Shown here piece after piece: positions 1 to 8,895 of a stretch of 64,000 nucleotides of DNA (within the stretch, counting starts at the first letter, position 1; each line of letters begins with the position of its first letter). Below the pieces are notes generated by a model. It was not told where the DNA came from. It searched no databases and worked only from the letters and a program-made list of their open reading frames with translations. The DNA comes from a virus (Duplodnaviria; Caudoviricetes). The DNA lies in the IMG/VR virus record IMGVR_UViG_2925677529_000001, positions 1,341 to 65,340 of that record; one strand, 5' to 3'. The position numbers and the translations under genes were made by a program.

Positions 1-39
1 CTGTCACCCGCGTTAACTCGGTGTCGTACGATCCTGCCC

Positions 40-336
40 ATGTACAGGGGGTTCACAGCCGCGTGTCTGATCGCCGGCGCGTTGGCCGCGTCTGCCATCA
101 GCCTCGCCGCGCCAGCCTCGGCTGGGTGCGAGACGCAGCCGTTCGCGCAGTACTGCGACGGTCCGATCCGGCCAGACGGCACATGGGATCGGTGCTTCTC
201 CAGCCAGCCGCAACTGACTTATGGCCAGTTCGGACAAGCCACGGGTGTCGTGCCATCAGTTGGGCGTTGCTACCCCGTCGACCCCAACAACTTCCCGCCG
301 ACGCCTCTCGGTCAACCGCCGTACCACATCGATTAG
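40..336 (+). CDS. Secreted CDGP-domain small protein
   Basis: Signal peptide ending PASA; GCET..YCDGPIRPDGTWDRC..CYPV motif; convergent with the lysis operon. Confidence 0.75.
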   Translation: MYRGFTAACLIAGALAASAISLAAPASAGCETQPFAQYCDGPIRPDGTWDRCFSSQPQLTYGQFGQATGVVPSVGRCYPVDPNNFPPTPLGQPPYHID

Positions 337-431
337 CGCCGGTTCCGCCACGCCAGGCTGAACGCTGCGGCGACGCTCACCGTGCTGTAGCTGATGCCGG
401 CCCAGACCATGGCCCAGGCGGCAGCGTTCAC
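333..431 (-). CDS. 32-aa single-TM peptide after lysB (MNAAAWAMVWAGISYSTVSVAAAFSLAWRNRR)
   Basis: Read manually; GTG 2 nt after the lysB stop, hydrophobic core, basic tail. Confidence 0.55.
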   Translation of the reverse strand: MNAAAWAMVWAGISYSTVSVAAAFSLAWRNRR

Positions 432-433
432 GG

Positions 434-1333
434 TCAGGCCGCTGCGGGTGCCGCGGCGATGGCGCCGAGGTGGTCGACGGCGTACTGGATCCCGGTCCGG
501 CCGTCAGCGTGCACCGGCCGCCATTCGTAGGTGATGTGCGGGGCGGTCGGCGGGTTCTGCGCGACGAACTGCAGGGCGATGGTGATCGACTTGCCGAGCG
601 CCACCACGTTCAGCGGTTTGGCCAGCAGCTCCAACACCTGCTCGGCCAGGCCGCCTTTGCCGGTCAACGCGGCGAGGACCGCGGTGGCCGCGTTGATGTC
701 GAGGCCGAGCTGGACGGCGGCCATGTAGCAGGCGGTGATGTTGTCGCCGGCCTGTTTGTCGAGCACCTTCGGTCCGGCGGGCACCTGGCCGTACATGTCG
801 CCCTCGTTGATGATGTCGACCACTGTGTCCGGAGTATTGGTGAGACGCTTCGCAGCGATGCCGCGCCCGGCGGAGTGGAGCAGCCCGGGCCCGCTGTGGT
901 TCTCTTCGCGCATCGGGTTGCCGACAGTGACTCCGCCGATGAAGTTGTGCCGCAGGTGATAGAGCCGGCCGCCGGGGGTGATGATCTCCAGCAGCACCCG
1001 CGACATGGCTTCGGCGCCCTGCGAGTACCCGACCATCGCGAACGTCTGGAATGGGTGCGCCAAGATCCACGCGATGGCCCACTCCACGGCGATCTGGACG
1101 GACTCCTCGTAGCTCGGTGCCTTCGGGTCCGGGGAGCCGATGAAGCCGAACGACCACGGCGCCTGGACGGGGACCTCGTAGATGGGCGCTTCGAGCGCAT
1201 CGATTGCTCCGGCCACGATCCACGACGGGTACCCGGTGCCGGGCTTGGCCCAGGTGCCCGCGAACGTGAGGACCGCGTGCTTGACGAACTCGAGACCCCG
1301 GCGGCCCGCCAGCAACTCCGCGAAGCTGGTCAT
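434..1333 (-). CDS. lysB: Lysin B (cutinase-like esterase)
   Basis: FAGT motif, GYSQG nucleophile elbow, GNPMR, GDMY, C-terminal His (PHITY); ATGA overlap with the upstream gene. Confidence 0.9.
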   Translation of the reverse strand: MTSFAELLAGRRGLEFVKHAVLTFAGTWAKPGTGYPSWIVAGAIDALEAPIYEVPVQAPWSFGFIGSPDPKAPSYEESVQIAVEWAIAWILAHPFQTFAMVGYSQGAEAMSRVLLEIITPGGRLYHLRHNFIGGVTVGNPMREENHSGPGLLHSAGRGIAAKRLTNTPDTVVDIINEGDMYGQVPAGPKVLDKQAGDNITACYMAAVQLGLDINAATAVLAALTGKGGLAEQVLELLAKPLNVVALGKSITIALQFVAQNPPTAPHITYEWRPVHADGRTGIQYAVDHLGAIAAAPAAA

Positions 1334-1722
1334 AGCCACACCACCGCCGCGACGTTGATCAGCATGTGCAGCACGTTGTCGGCGATGATCAGCAACCACA
1401 CCGACAGCCAGTCCGGCCGGTCGGGGCCGTGCCCGGTCGCGGTGTGCGGCGGCCGGAACGCGTGGGGCGCGAGCTGATTCTTGAACCACACGACGTGCCG
1501 GGCCAGCCGGTACCGGTCGATCACGGCGTGCGTCCCGACGATCACCAGCAGCGCCAGCGGCGACTGCGTGACGAACAGGAAAGGCAGGCCGTACGTGAGT
1601 GCGTGAGCGATCGCAGGCCACCACCGCTTGGTCTTCTCCTGGGCCATCCAGTCGGACTGGATCAGGTAGTCGCCGACCATGTGGGCCAGGCCGGCGGTGG
1701 CGATGGCGGCCGCGATGCTCAC
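1330..1722 (-). CDS. DUF3307-like membrane protein
   Basis: HMVGDYLIQSDWMA, HALTY, HAVID and DNVLH motifs; several TM segments. Confidence 0.8.
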   Translation of the reverse strand: MSIAAAIATAGLAHMVGDYLIQSDWMAQEKTKRWWPAIAHALTYGLPFLFVTQSPLALLVIVGTHAVIDRYRLARHVVWFKNQLAPHAFRPPHTATGHGPDRPDWLSVWLLIIADNVLHMLINVAAVVWL

Positions 1723-1724
1723 CG

Positions 1725-3269
1725 CTACTCGCTCGCCTTGAGCGCGTCGGTGGCCGGGCTGGTGGACTGACCGGCTGCCTTGCGGCGGCCGATCAGATCC
1801 TCCATCAGCTCGATCATCACGTCTCCGTGGTCGCGGGTGATGCCGTCGGAGAACTCGTTGCGCCAGGCGATCTGCTCGGCCGTGGTGACGGTCTGCTCGT
1901 CACTGTCGGTGTGGCCGTTCTGCCATGTGTTGTCCGGCTGGACGCGCCCCCACGGCCCGCGGGCCGGGTCCTTGACGATGCTGTTGAACGGGCGCGCGAA
2001 CCGCGAGTAGACGAATCGCCACGGCTGCGGCCAGCCTCCCCGCTTGCCCTCATCGGAGGGCGGGAACACGCCGCGGGACTGGGCTTCGAGTTCTTCTGCT
2101 GCGGACATGGTGATCTCTCCTGATCCGGTGGTCGGTGGTTCGGTGCCGAGTAGTTGGCGGAGCTGCCCCGGGGTGCCCCGGAACGCGTTGGCGTCCACCG
2201 ACTTGCCGGCCACCTGGGCCCGGTCGGTGAACTGCAGAATGTCGGGCGTGCGGCCGCCGTAGGCGCCCCACAGCGGCGACCGATTGCCCGGGTAGAGCAC
2301 CGAGGCGTAGCCGGTCCCACCCACGTATTCGGAGCGGATCAAGCCGGGCACCTGCGACAGGTCAGGTTTGCCGATCTGCTCCCAGTACCAGTCGGGGATA
2401 TACGACAGCGCGACCCGCACACCGAGCTTCTCGATCTCGGCCTTGACCGCCCAGAACTGATACATCGGGCCGGATCCGGCTTCGAAGTCGAGCATGGCCG
2501 GAATGCTCTTGTCACCGAGCTGGTCGACGAACAGCCGTGCCTGCGCCGCGGGATCGCCGGTCCGGACGTAGTGGTAGCCGGCCAGGATCAGGCCGAGCCG
2601 CTTGGCGTCGTCGCGGGTCTTGGGCCAGAACGGATCCCGGTAGTTCGCGCCTTCGGACACCTTGGCCCAGACGAAGTCGAAACCCTCAGCCTTTACGCGG
2701 TCGAGGTCCATCACGCCCTGGTGGTTGGAGATGTCGATGCCGTAGGTGACCGCGTTCGGATCCGGCGCAACCTCAGTCCCATCGTCAACGATCGGCCCGG
2801 GCAAGTAGGCCCAGTCGTTCGCATAAGAGGTGTCGTAGACGGACCGCGCCCGGTCGCCGGTGACGCAACCGTTCGTGCCGTTGGATTCCATTCGGACACC
2901 GTCGACCTCGACCCACATGTGCGAGTTCGCTCCGCCGCCCGGCCCGTGGTGCAGCGCGATCTTTACCGCGGCGTCGGCCGGGAAGTCCCGCGGGTGGGCG
3001 ACGGTGATGGTGCCGAACGGGCCGCGCTGGCCGACCTCGATGGGCCGCCACGATTCGGTGGTGATCCAAGCGCCAGTGGCTGGATCGATGCGGCGCCATT
3101 GCATTCCGGCCCCGTAGATCACGCCGTTCAGGGCGTGCGCGGCCAGTGCTGAGCAGTCGCAGCCCTGACGCACGACGGTCTTCGACCATTCGCCGCCGTA
3201 CGCGTAGTCATTGCCGACACGTTCACGAAACCGGGCCTTGAGGTACTCGATTGCTTCCCGGGTCGGCAT
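1725..3269 (-). CDS. lysA: Lysin A: N-terminal NlpC/P60-like Cys peptidase + GH25 muramidase + C-terminal domain
   Basis: YAYGG..CDCSA..SHM..MES; GIDISNHQG, KVSEG, LDFE and VDAN GH25 motifs. Confidence 0.9.
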   Translation of the reverse strand: MPTREAIEYLKARFRERVGNDYAYGGEWSKTVVRQGCDCSALAAHALNGVIYGAGMQWRRIDPATGAWITTESWRPIEVGQRGPFGTITVAHPRDFPADAAVKIALHHGPGGGANSHMWVEVDGVRMESNGTNGCVTGDRARSVYDTSYANDWAYLPGPIVDDGTEVAPDPNAVTYGIDISNHQGVMDLDRVKAEGFDFVWAKVSEGANYRDPFWPKTRDDAKRLGLILAGYHYVRTGDPAAQARLFVDQLGDKSIPAMLDFEAGSGPMYQFWAVKAEIEKLGVRVALSYIPDWYWEQIGKPDLSQVPGLIRSEYVGGTGYASVLYPGNRSPLWGAYGGRTPDILQFTDRAQVAGKSVDANAFRGTPGQLRQLLGTEPPTTGSGEITMSAAEELEAQSRGVFPPSDEGKRGGWPQPWRFVYSRFARPFNSIVKDPARGPWGRVQPDNTWQNGHTDSDEQTVTTAEQIAWRNEFSDGITRDHGDVMIELMEDLIGRRKAAGQSTSPATDALKASE

Positions 3270-3568
3270 CAGCGGCCACCACTGAACAGGCCACCGAGGT
3301 TCGGCAGCCGGCTCACGAACTGCTGAAGCTGCGCGACCGCAGTACTGAGCCCGTCGAGCCCGGGGATCTTGGCACCAAGCTGATCAGCCAATGCCTTGAT
3401 GACCTTGTCATCCCACTTCCACGGCGTCGCGCCAGCGAAACGCTCGAGCAACCAAGTGCTGGCGGACTCGACATCTTCGCGGTTCGCTGGGTCCTTCACA
3501 TACTCGACAGCACGATCGAACAGCGCTTTGGCCAGCAGCGATGCGAACACCGCGAGAAGTTTGTTCAC
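3269..3568 (-). CDS. Small amphipathic lysis accessory protein, possibly Ms6 gp1-like LysA chaperone
   Basis: First gene of the lysis operon, TGATG-coupled to lysA; amphipathic termini ending LPNLGGLFSGGR. Confidence 0.5.
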   Translation of the reverse strand: MNKLLAVFASLLAKALFDRAVEYVKDPANREDVESASTWLLERFAGATPWKWDDKVIKALADQLGAKIPGLDGLSTAVAQLQQFVSRLPNLGGLFSGGR

Positions 3569-3599
3569 GGCGCGAAAGTAGGCCCGCCGGGTGCAACGA

Positions 3600-4307
3600 C
3601 TAGGACAGCTCAACCCAGTCGAGTGTCGGCCCGAATCGACGCGGCCCCAACAGATCCTTGGACGCCATCACCACGACACCCAACGAGCGATAGCCGGAGC
3701 CTTTCGACGCGGTGCCGGTGCTGTCGTTCCATTCGCCGACTCGGCTGCCGTTGCGGCGCAACGTGTGCACGTTGCCGACGCCCTTGAGGTTGATGGTGTC
3801 GCCGGCACCGAACGTGCCACCACTGACCATGACGGTGTTGATGCTGAGGAGACGCCGGACGATCCGCAGCGTGGACGAATCCAACTGCACACCAACACCA
3901 TGGGTGAAACCACTGTTGGAGACCCGGGCGAACACCTGCGTCCTGGGCAGGTCCCCGGTGATCGACGGGCCGGATCCTTGGGAGCCGACACGGAATTCGA
4001 GTTCGTAGTCGTCCCCTGGGGCGACAGCGGCGTTGTACCGGGCATGGGAGGTCAGCAGCGGCGACGAAACCAGCCCGTCCGGCAGGGCCAGTCGGCACTG
4101 GCCGTTGACGATCCCAGCTTTGTACGTGGCCGACGGGCCGTGGTCAGTCCAGGCGGAGCCGAGGGTGGCCGCGTCGTCGCGGTCAAAAGTGTCCCGTATC
4201 CCCGACTTTGACCAGATCAGTGTGGAACCGAGGTAGAGCTTCTGGTAGTCGATGCCGCCATGCTTGAGCGCCAGGACCGGATGGGTGCCACCGAAGTTCA
4301 GGGGCAT
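3600..4307 (-). CDS. Minor tail protein (beta-sandwich/lectin-like)
   Basis: KLYLGSTLIW N-terminal motif then DTFDR beta-rich domain; tail-gene position. Confidence 0.65.
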   Translation of the reverse strand: MPLNFGGTHPVLALKHGGIDYQKLYLGSTLIWSKSGIRDTFDRDDAATLGSAWTDHGPSATYKAGIVNGQCRLALPDGLVSSPLLTSHARYNAAVAPGDDYELEFRVGSQGSGPSITGDLPRTQVFARVSNSGFTHGVGVQLDSSTLRIVRRLLSINTVMVSGGTFGAGDTINLKGVGNVHTLRRNGSRVGEWNDSTGTASKGSGYRSLGVVVMASKDLLGPRRFGPTLDWVELS

Positions 4308-4717
4308 CAGTACACCGCGTACAGCACGGTCGGGTTCGGGGTGATCGCCGCGTAGTCGGCTGCGGGGATCGGAACGAGTTCGAGGGTGATCGGGTCGCCG
4401 TCCTTGTTGCGGGCGGTGACGACACCGACACCGGCCTGGTCCGCGGTGACAGCATCGTTGTCGAGCTTGGCTGTAGTCACGGCACCATCACCAAGGTTGA
4501 CGGTCTTGACTCCGCCGGTGGCGATCTTCGGCGACGTCACAGACCCGTCGGCCAACTTCGGCTCCGTGACCGCACCGTCGGCCAGTTTCGCAGTCTTGAC
4601 AGCACCGTTGACCAGCGTTGACGGCGCAACCTCAGCGATCTCGGCGTTGACCTCCGGCCCCAGCCGCTCCCCCGCCGGTTTCGACGGGTCATAGCCCACG
4701 ATGATCTGGTCCGCCAT
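4307..4717 (-). CDS. Tail fibre-like protein with decapeptide repeats
   Basis: About six GAVTxxKLAD-type repeats; C-terminal ..NPTVLYAVY. Confidence 0.65.
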   Translation of the reverse strand: MADQIIVGYDPSKPAGERLGPEVNAEIAEVAPSTLVNGAVKTAKLADGAVTEPKLADGSVTSPKIATGGVKTVNLGDGAVTTAKLDNDAVTADQAGVGVVTARNKDGDPITLELVPIPAADYAAITPNPTVLYAVY

Positions 4718-4735
4718 ACCGCGCAGATTATGGGC

Positions 4736-5404
4736 TTAGCGTGCACCCAACGCGCGGGCCGCAGCCTTGAAATCAGTGGCCACGTCGCCCGGCTCGAACC
4801 CGGCCGGGCGGACCGTCCCCTTGCTGACCGTCTGGGTGGTGCCAGGCTCGGGCCCGTACAGCTTGTCGAACAGTTTCGTCTGTTCGTGTTGGTCGCGGTC
4901 TTCGTTGCCGGTCTGCAGCGATTCGAGCCACAGCTTCTCAGCCTCATCGAGGATGTCGTGCATGGAGGTGAGGGTGGTCATGGGGTTGGGGTGGCCGTCG
5001 CCGCGCAGCCGGGTCCGCAGAGCGCGCCAGTGATCGGCGGCCGCGTAAGCGAGGGTCATGACAGCAACGTAGGGGCGTTCGGTGCCCCACGTGGCCAGGG
5101 CGCGGGCCAACAGTCCGATGGTGTTGTCGGGCATCGTTTCGTCCATCATGGCGGCCAGGATGCGTTCGTGGTCGTCGGGTGCGATGTGGTTGCGCACGAA
5201 CAGCGTCGCGTGATGCTGCTGGGCCTGCGGATCGGTAGCAGGGTTGACCGACAAAGCGAGGTGCGGGATCGCATCCGGACGTGGCCGGCGCGCCAGGACG
5301 GTCCCCACCTCTGGCACTGCGAGCGGCGTGTAGTCCCCCGCCCACGGTGCGGCCAGCTCGGCGTCACCGAGCATGTCACCGAAACTTGGTGGTGGTTCCC
5401 ACAT
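4736..5404 (-). CDS. Tail assembly chaperone paralog, fused G+T-like form
   Basis: N-half aligns by eye with 22022..22609 (LFVRNHIAPDDHERILAAMMD vs LFVAKHLSPETYERVMYRMVD). Confidence 0.6.
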   Translation of the reverse strand: MWEPPPSFGDMLGDAELAAPWAGDYTPLAVPEVGTVLARRPRPDAIPHLALSVNPATDPQAQQHHATLFVRNHIAPDDHERILAAMMDETMPDNTIGLLARALATWGTERPYVAVMTLAYAAADHWRALRTRLRGDGHPNPMTTLTSMHDILDEAEKLWLESLQTGNEDRDQHEQTKLFDKLYGPEPGTTQTVSKGTVRPAGFEPGDVATDFKAAARALGAR

Positions 5405-6699
5405 CAGATCGTGACAGCCCCGGGAACCAGGATGGCCAGCGCGATCGACCGGCCAGACCACTGCGGCACCTTGGACGGGGTGAACCCGCGGTCGAGTGTG
5501 GGGCGCGGCGGATCAGCCAGCACCGCCGACGCCATCGTGGAGCCGTCCGCGGGGGAATCCTCGATCAGGGTCATGTCGTCGGGTGCGGTCTGGTTGATCG
5601 GCGCCTGCAACGGTGTGTGCGCCACGTACGAGGCGCAGATCAGGAGTTGGCCGTCGCGGTCGATGCTGGGGCACATGTTGTTTCCGGTGTCGAGCTCCCA
5701 AAACCGTTTGGTGAGCGTCGACGCGACATGCCACTCGGTGAGGTCGGGTGAGGCGTCGCGCAACGTGATCAGGTGCACGATCTCCTCGGCCAGGGCGCCG
5801 GTGGTGAAGTGATACGACGCCGGTTCACTGGCTGATGCGATGCGCCAGTAGACCTTCATGTGGACGTCGCCGATACCCAGCAGGCCGTCGTTGCGGACAT
5901 GCCACAACGTCCATCCCGTCTCGGAGGGCGTGATGTCGGAAGCCAGACCAATGTTGTTGGCCACGACCGCGACCATGACGTCACCGGCCGCTGTGCCGGC
6001 GGGCACGTCGACGTCGGTGGGGAACGTGTTGTTGATGGAGTGCTCCACACCGACAACAGTGGGGGTTGGGCGTTCGGCCGGCGCGGCGAACGCGGGCACC
6101 CCGTACAGGTCGACGCGGGTGTCACCGGAGATGAACAGGGATTCGGTGTTTTGGTCGCCGCCGTCGATGATGGTGGCTTCCCAGTAGTCGCTCTTGAAGC
6201 GGATTTGTACGCGGCCGAAGAAGGTTTCCCCCGGTGCGATGGTTTCCCAGCCGACGGAGTGCGGCATGAACGGTGCGGTGATGGAGTTTTGTCGTACTTC
6301 GTGCACCGCGAAACCGGTTCCGACTGCGAGGATTCCGCCTTTGCCGGTGTCCATGCCGCATCCGAACCGGGACACTTCGATCATGTCGAACGACGACGGC
6401 GGCGTTGGGGTGCTGAGCTTGTCGGCTCCGTGAAGCATCTGCAGGTAGCCACGGCTGCGGGCTTGCAGGGTGACTTGGGAGCCGCCCCGGGTGACCATGC
6501 CGTACACCTGTTGCGGGACCGGGGTGTTGTTCGTCCACTGCACGTCGACGGTGTGCACCAACTCGTCTTTGTTGCTGCCACCGCTGGTGTCGTAGGTGCG
6601 GGACACCGATGGTGCTGTCTTGGTGGCCAAGATCCGGTATTGGGTCCATGGCTGCGGTTCGATCGCCTCGTCGAGGATCAGGAAGTGGTCGTTGCTCAC
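5404..6699 (-). CDS. Minor tail protein (paralog family) with C-terminal beta domain
   Basis: WTNNTPVPQ..VTRGG motif shared with the two upstream genes; GTGA overlap. Confidence 0.75.
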   Translation of the reverse strand: MSNDHFLILDEAIEPQPWTQYRILATKTAPSVSRTYDTSGGSNKDELVHTVDVQWTNNTPVPQQVYGMVTRGGSQVTLQARSRGYLQMLHGADKLSTPTPPSSFDMIEVSRFGCGMDTGKGGILAVGTGFAVHEVRQNSITAPFMPHSVGWETIAPGETFFGRVQIRFKSDYWEATIIDGGDQNTESLFISGDTRVDLYGVPAFAAPAERPTPTVVGVEHSINNTFPTDVDVPAGTAAGDVMVAVVANNIGLASDITPSETGWTLWHVRNDGLLGIGDVHMKVYWRIASASEPASYHFTTGALAEEIVHLITLRDASPDLTEWHVASTLTKRFWELDTGNNMCPSIDRDGQLLICASYVAHTPLQAPINQTAPDDMTLIEDSPADGSTMASAVLADPPRPTLDRGFTPSKVPQWSGRSIALAILVPGAVTI

Positions 6700-7295
6700 G
6701 ATGCCCCAATCGGTGAGGCCAGCATGACGAGGCGTGTCCAGCGTGCGTGGGCTTCCATGCGTGACTCGAATTCGCTGGGTTGGGTCCAGGTGCCGGGTGT
6801 CTGGACACTGCACACGTAGCGGAAGTGCGCCGAGTGTTGGGGGGCGAGTTCACCGATGGGCACCATGGCCTGGGTTCCGTCGCCGTCGAGGAACAGTCGG
6901 CCGAACAGTAGGTTTTCGGCGGCGGCTTCGGGGCGGTCGATTTGGGCGCGGCCACCGAATGCGTCTTGTGTCACGGACGGGTAGTCGGCCACTGGGGATA
7001 CGCCTTTGGCCCAGGACCAGGCGTCGTGGATGACGACGGTTCCGGGGTTCTGCGCCACGATGGTGCGGGGTGCCCGGTTGACCTGTATGGCAACGACTTG
7101 CGGATCTGGGGAGTTGTTGTACCAGGTGAGGTCGCCTTCGATCATCGTCACCGGGTCGGGGGATCGTTCGATCTTGCCGTCCTTGGTGGACTCGAGGAAT
7201 GCTTCGGTGACGACGCGGGGGAACCAGGTGCGCCGCATGTCGAGCCCGGCGACGGTGGACAGCATGTATTCGCTGGTGCAGACCTTGATGCTCAT
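6696..7295 (-). CDS. Minor tail protein (paralog family)
   Basis: WYNNSPDPQ..VNRAPR motif; ATGA overlap. Confidence 0.75.
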   Translation of the reverse strand: MSIKVCTSEYMLSTVAGLDMRRTWFPRVVTEAFLESTKDGKIERSPDPVTMIEGDLTWYNNSPDPQVVAIQVNRAPRTIVAQNPGTVVIHDAWSWAKGVSPVADYPSVTQDAFGGRAQIDRPEAAAENLLFGRLFLDGDGTQAMVPIGELAPQHSAHFRYVCSVQTPGTWTQPSEFESRMEAHARWTRLVMLASPIGAS

Positions 7296-7936
7296 CCGGT
7301 CACCACCGATCCCTGTTGCGGAAACGCCATCAGCGACAACCGCGCCCAATTCGCTGCCGCCTCATGCTTCGGGGAGTTCTTGTTGGCGTTATCGCTCCAT
7401 GGCGGCGGCGTCCACACATAGCAGCGGTACCAGAGCGCGAACTGCTGATTCGGTTCGATGTCGTACGGCACCCACTCGTCGACGGTGTTGACGTCGGTCC
7501 ACATCCACTGTTGGCCCGGGTTAGGTTCGGCGACGGAGTTGGTGCCGATGTCGATCGCGGAACCGGTTTGGCCGTTGAAGATGCTGGTGGTCAACGGCAC
7601 TGACGGCTCGGCGTCGCGCGCGTAGGTCCAGCGGTCCCGGAACTGGATCGCGTTCGGATTCGACGTGAGCCAGTAGCGGGGGCCGCGGGTAACGCGGATC
7701 AGCACGGTGGCCGGTAGGGGTGAGTCGTTGCGCCAGTACAGCTTCTGATCGATCAGCAGCTTGCCGGGGAGTGTGATGTTGGGGTAGACCTTGCGGTCCC
7801 CGTCGGCGGCCATGGCACGCACATCAGCGACCAATCGGGGGACAGCCCATGGTTGCAGGCGGAGCTGGCCGGCGTCGTCGATGGTGAGGTTTTCACCGAT
7901 GCAGACGTTCGGCTCAGTGAACTCTGTGATCGGCAC
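7292..7936 (-). CDS. Minor tail protein (paralog family)
   Basis: WRNDSPLPA..VTRGPR motif; leaderless late promoter upstream. Confidence 0.75.
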   Translation of the reverse strand: MPITEFTEPNVCIGENLTIDDAGQLRLQPWAVPRLVADVRAMAADGDRKVYPNITLPGKLLIDQKLYWRNDSPLPATVLIRVTRGPRYWLTSNPNAIQFRDRWTYARDAEPSVPLTTSIFNGQTGSAIDIGTNSVAEPNPGQQWMWTDVNTVDEWVPYDIEPNQQFALWYRCYVWTPPPWSDNANKNSPKHEAAANWARLSLMAFPQQGSVVTG

Positions 7937-7963
7937 GCCGTGGAGGTTACGGAGCCCGGGTGC

Positions 7964-8056
7964 TTACTTGCGTCCGGTCATGACGGTGAGGGAGGTCGCG
8001 GCCGAACCGAGGACGGCGCCGAGTGTGAACACCAGGATGACCTGGTGCCACAGCAT
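7964..8056 (-). CDS. 30-aa single-TM peptide (MLWHQVILVFTLGAVLGSAATSLTVMTGRK)
   Basis: TGATG coupling to the upstream peptide; hydrophobic. Confidence 0.5.
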   Translation of the reverse strand: MLWHQVILVFTLGAVLGSAATSLTVMTGRK

Positions 8057-8148
8057 CAGAACGCGGCGAGGGTGTCGTAGGTGGTGATGGGGCGCAGCGC
8101 CGCCCAGGTGAGCGCGGCGAGCACGACGACTGCGGCGACGGCGAGCAT
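8056..8148 (-). CDS. 30-aa single-TM peptide (MLAVAAVVVLAALTWAALRPITTYDTLAAF)
   Basis: ATG 2 nt after the previous stop; hydrophobic. Confidence 0.5.
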   Translation of the reverse strand: MLAVAAVVVLAALTWAALRPITTYDTLAAF

Positions 8149-8150
8149 AG

Positions 8151-8573
8151 TCAGCCTTCGGGGAGGTCGATGGTGCCCGAGGTGACCGCGACGGTCGACC
8201 CGGCGGTGATCGCAGTGGTGTTGAGGACCAGATCGGCCGCGCTGGTGCCGACGGTGCCCTGCCCCTTGACGCTGCTGCCGCTGTTCTCGATGCGGAAGAA
8301 CGACGCAACGCCGGTGTTGTCCGCGCTGGTATCGCTGGCGATAGGGCCGAAGGTGGCCCGGCCCTTGTCCGTGGCATCGGTGAAACCCGAGAACGGTGTT
8401 GCCGCCAACGTGAGCTCGGCGAGCAGGGTGCCGGCGTTGGCGGCGTCCGCATTGGCCGGGACGGTTCCAGAGTAGATCTTGAGTTTCCCGTTGGCGCCGA
8501 TCGCTTCGGCCAGCCCGGTAGAGTTCAGCATCCCGAGGATGGTGGCGTTAGAAAGCCAGAACGCGTTAGCCAT
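8151..8573 (-). CDS. Virion structural / tail fibre-associated protein
   Basis: LKIYSGTVPANAD..ADNTGVASFFRI..GTVGTSAADL, a common phage structural family; A/G/T-rich. Confidence 0.65.
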   Translation of the reverse strand: MANAFWLSNATILGMLNSTGLAEAIGANGKLKIYSGTVPANADAANAGTLLAELTLAATPFSGFTDATDKGRATFGPIASDTSADNTGVASFFRIENSGSSVKGQGTVGTSAADLVLNTTAITAGSTVAVTSGTIDLPEG

Positions 8574-8859
8574 TGGTCATCGGGCTTCCAGGCTGGAGGT
8601 TTCCGCCGACCTGCTGCGGTGTGGGGAACAGGTGCAGTAGCCAGGCTTCGGCGAGCCACTGGGATTGTTCGTCACCGTTGGCTCGGAACACTTCGACTGT
8701 GCCGACGAGCGTTTCGACGGTCATCGTTTGGAGCATTACGAACTCGTCGGGGTTGGCCGCGATGTACGCCTCCGCGAGGTTGCGTGCGACTTCACGGTCG
8801 CGGCCGCCGGGGCGGTCCTTGTCCATGGCGTCGCGGATAGCTTCAAGCTCTGCGTTCAC
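8566..8859 (-). CDS. Hypothetical protein
   Basis: ORF overlapping the next gene; start placed by the late-promoter motif. Confidence 0.55.
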   Translation of the reverse strand: MNAELEAIRDAMDKDRPGGRDREVARNLAEAYIAANPDEFVMLQTMTVETLVGTVEVFRANGDEQSQWLAEAWLLHLFPTPQQVGGNLQPGSPMTNG

Positions 8860-8895
8860 GACGCACATCATTCGGCCCTGGGGTGAAACGGCGAC

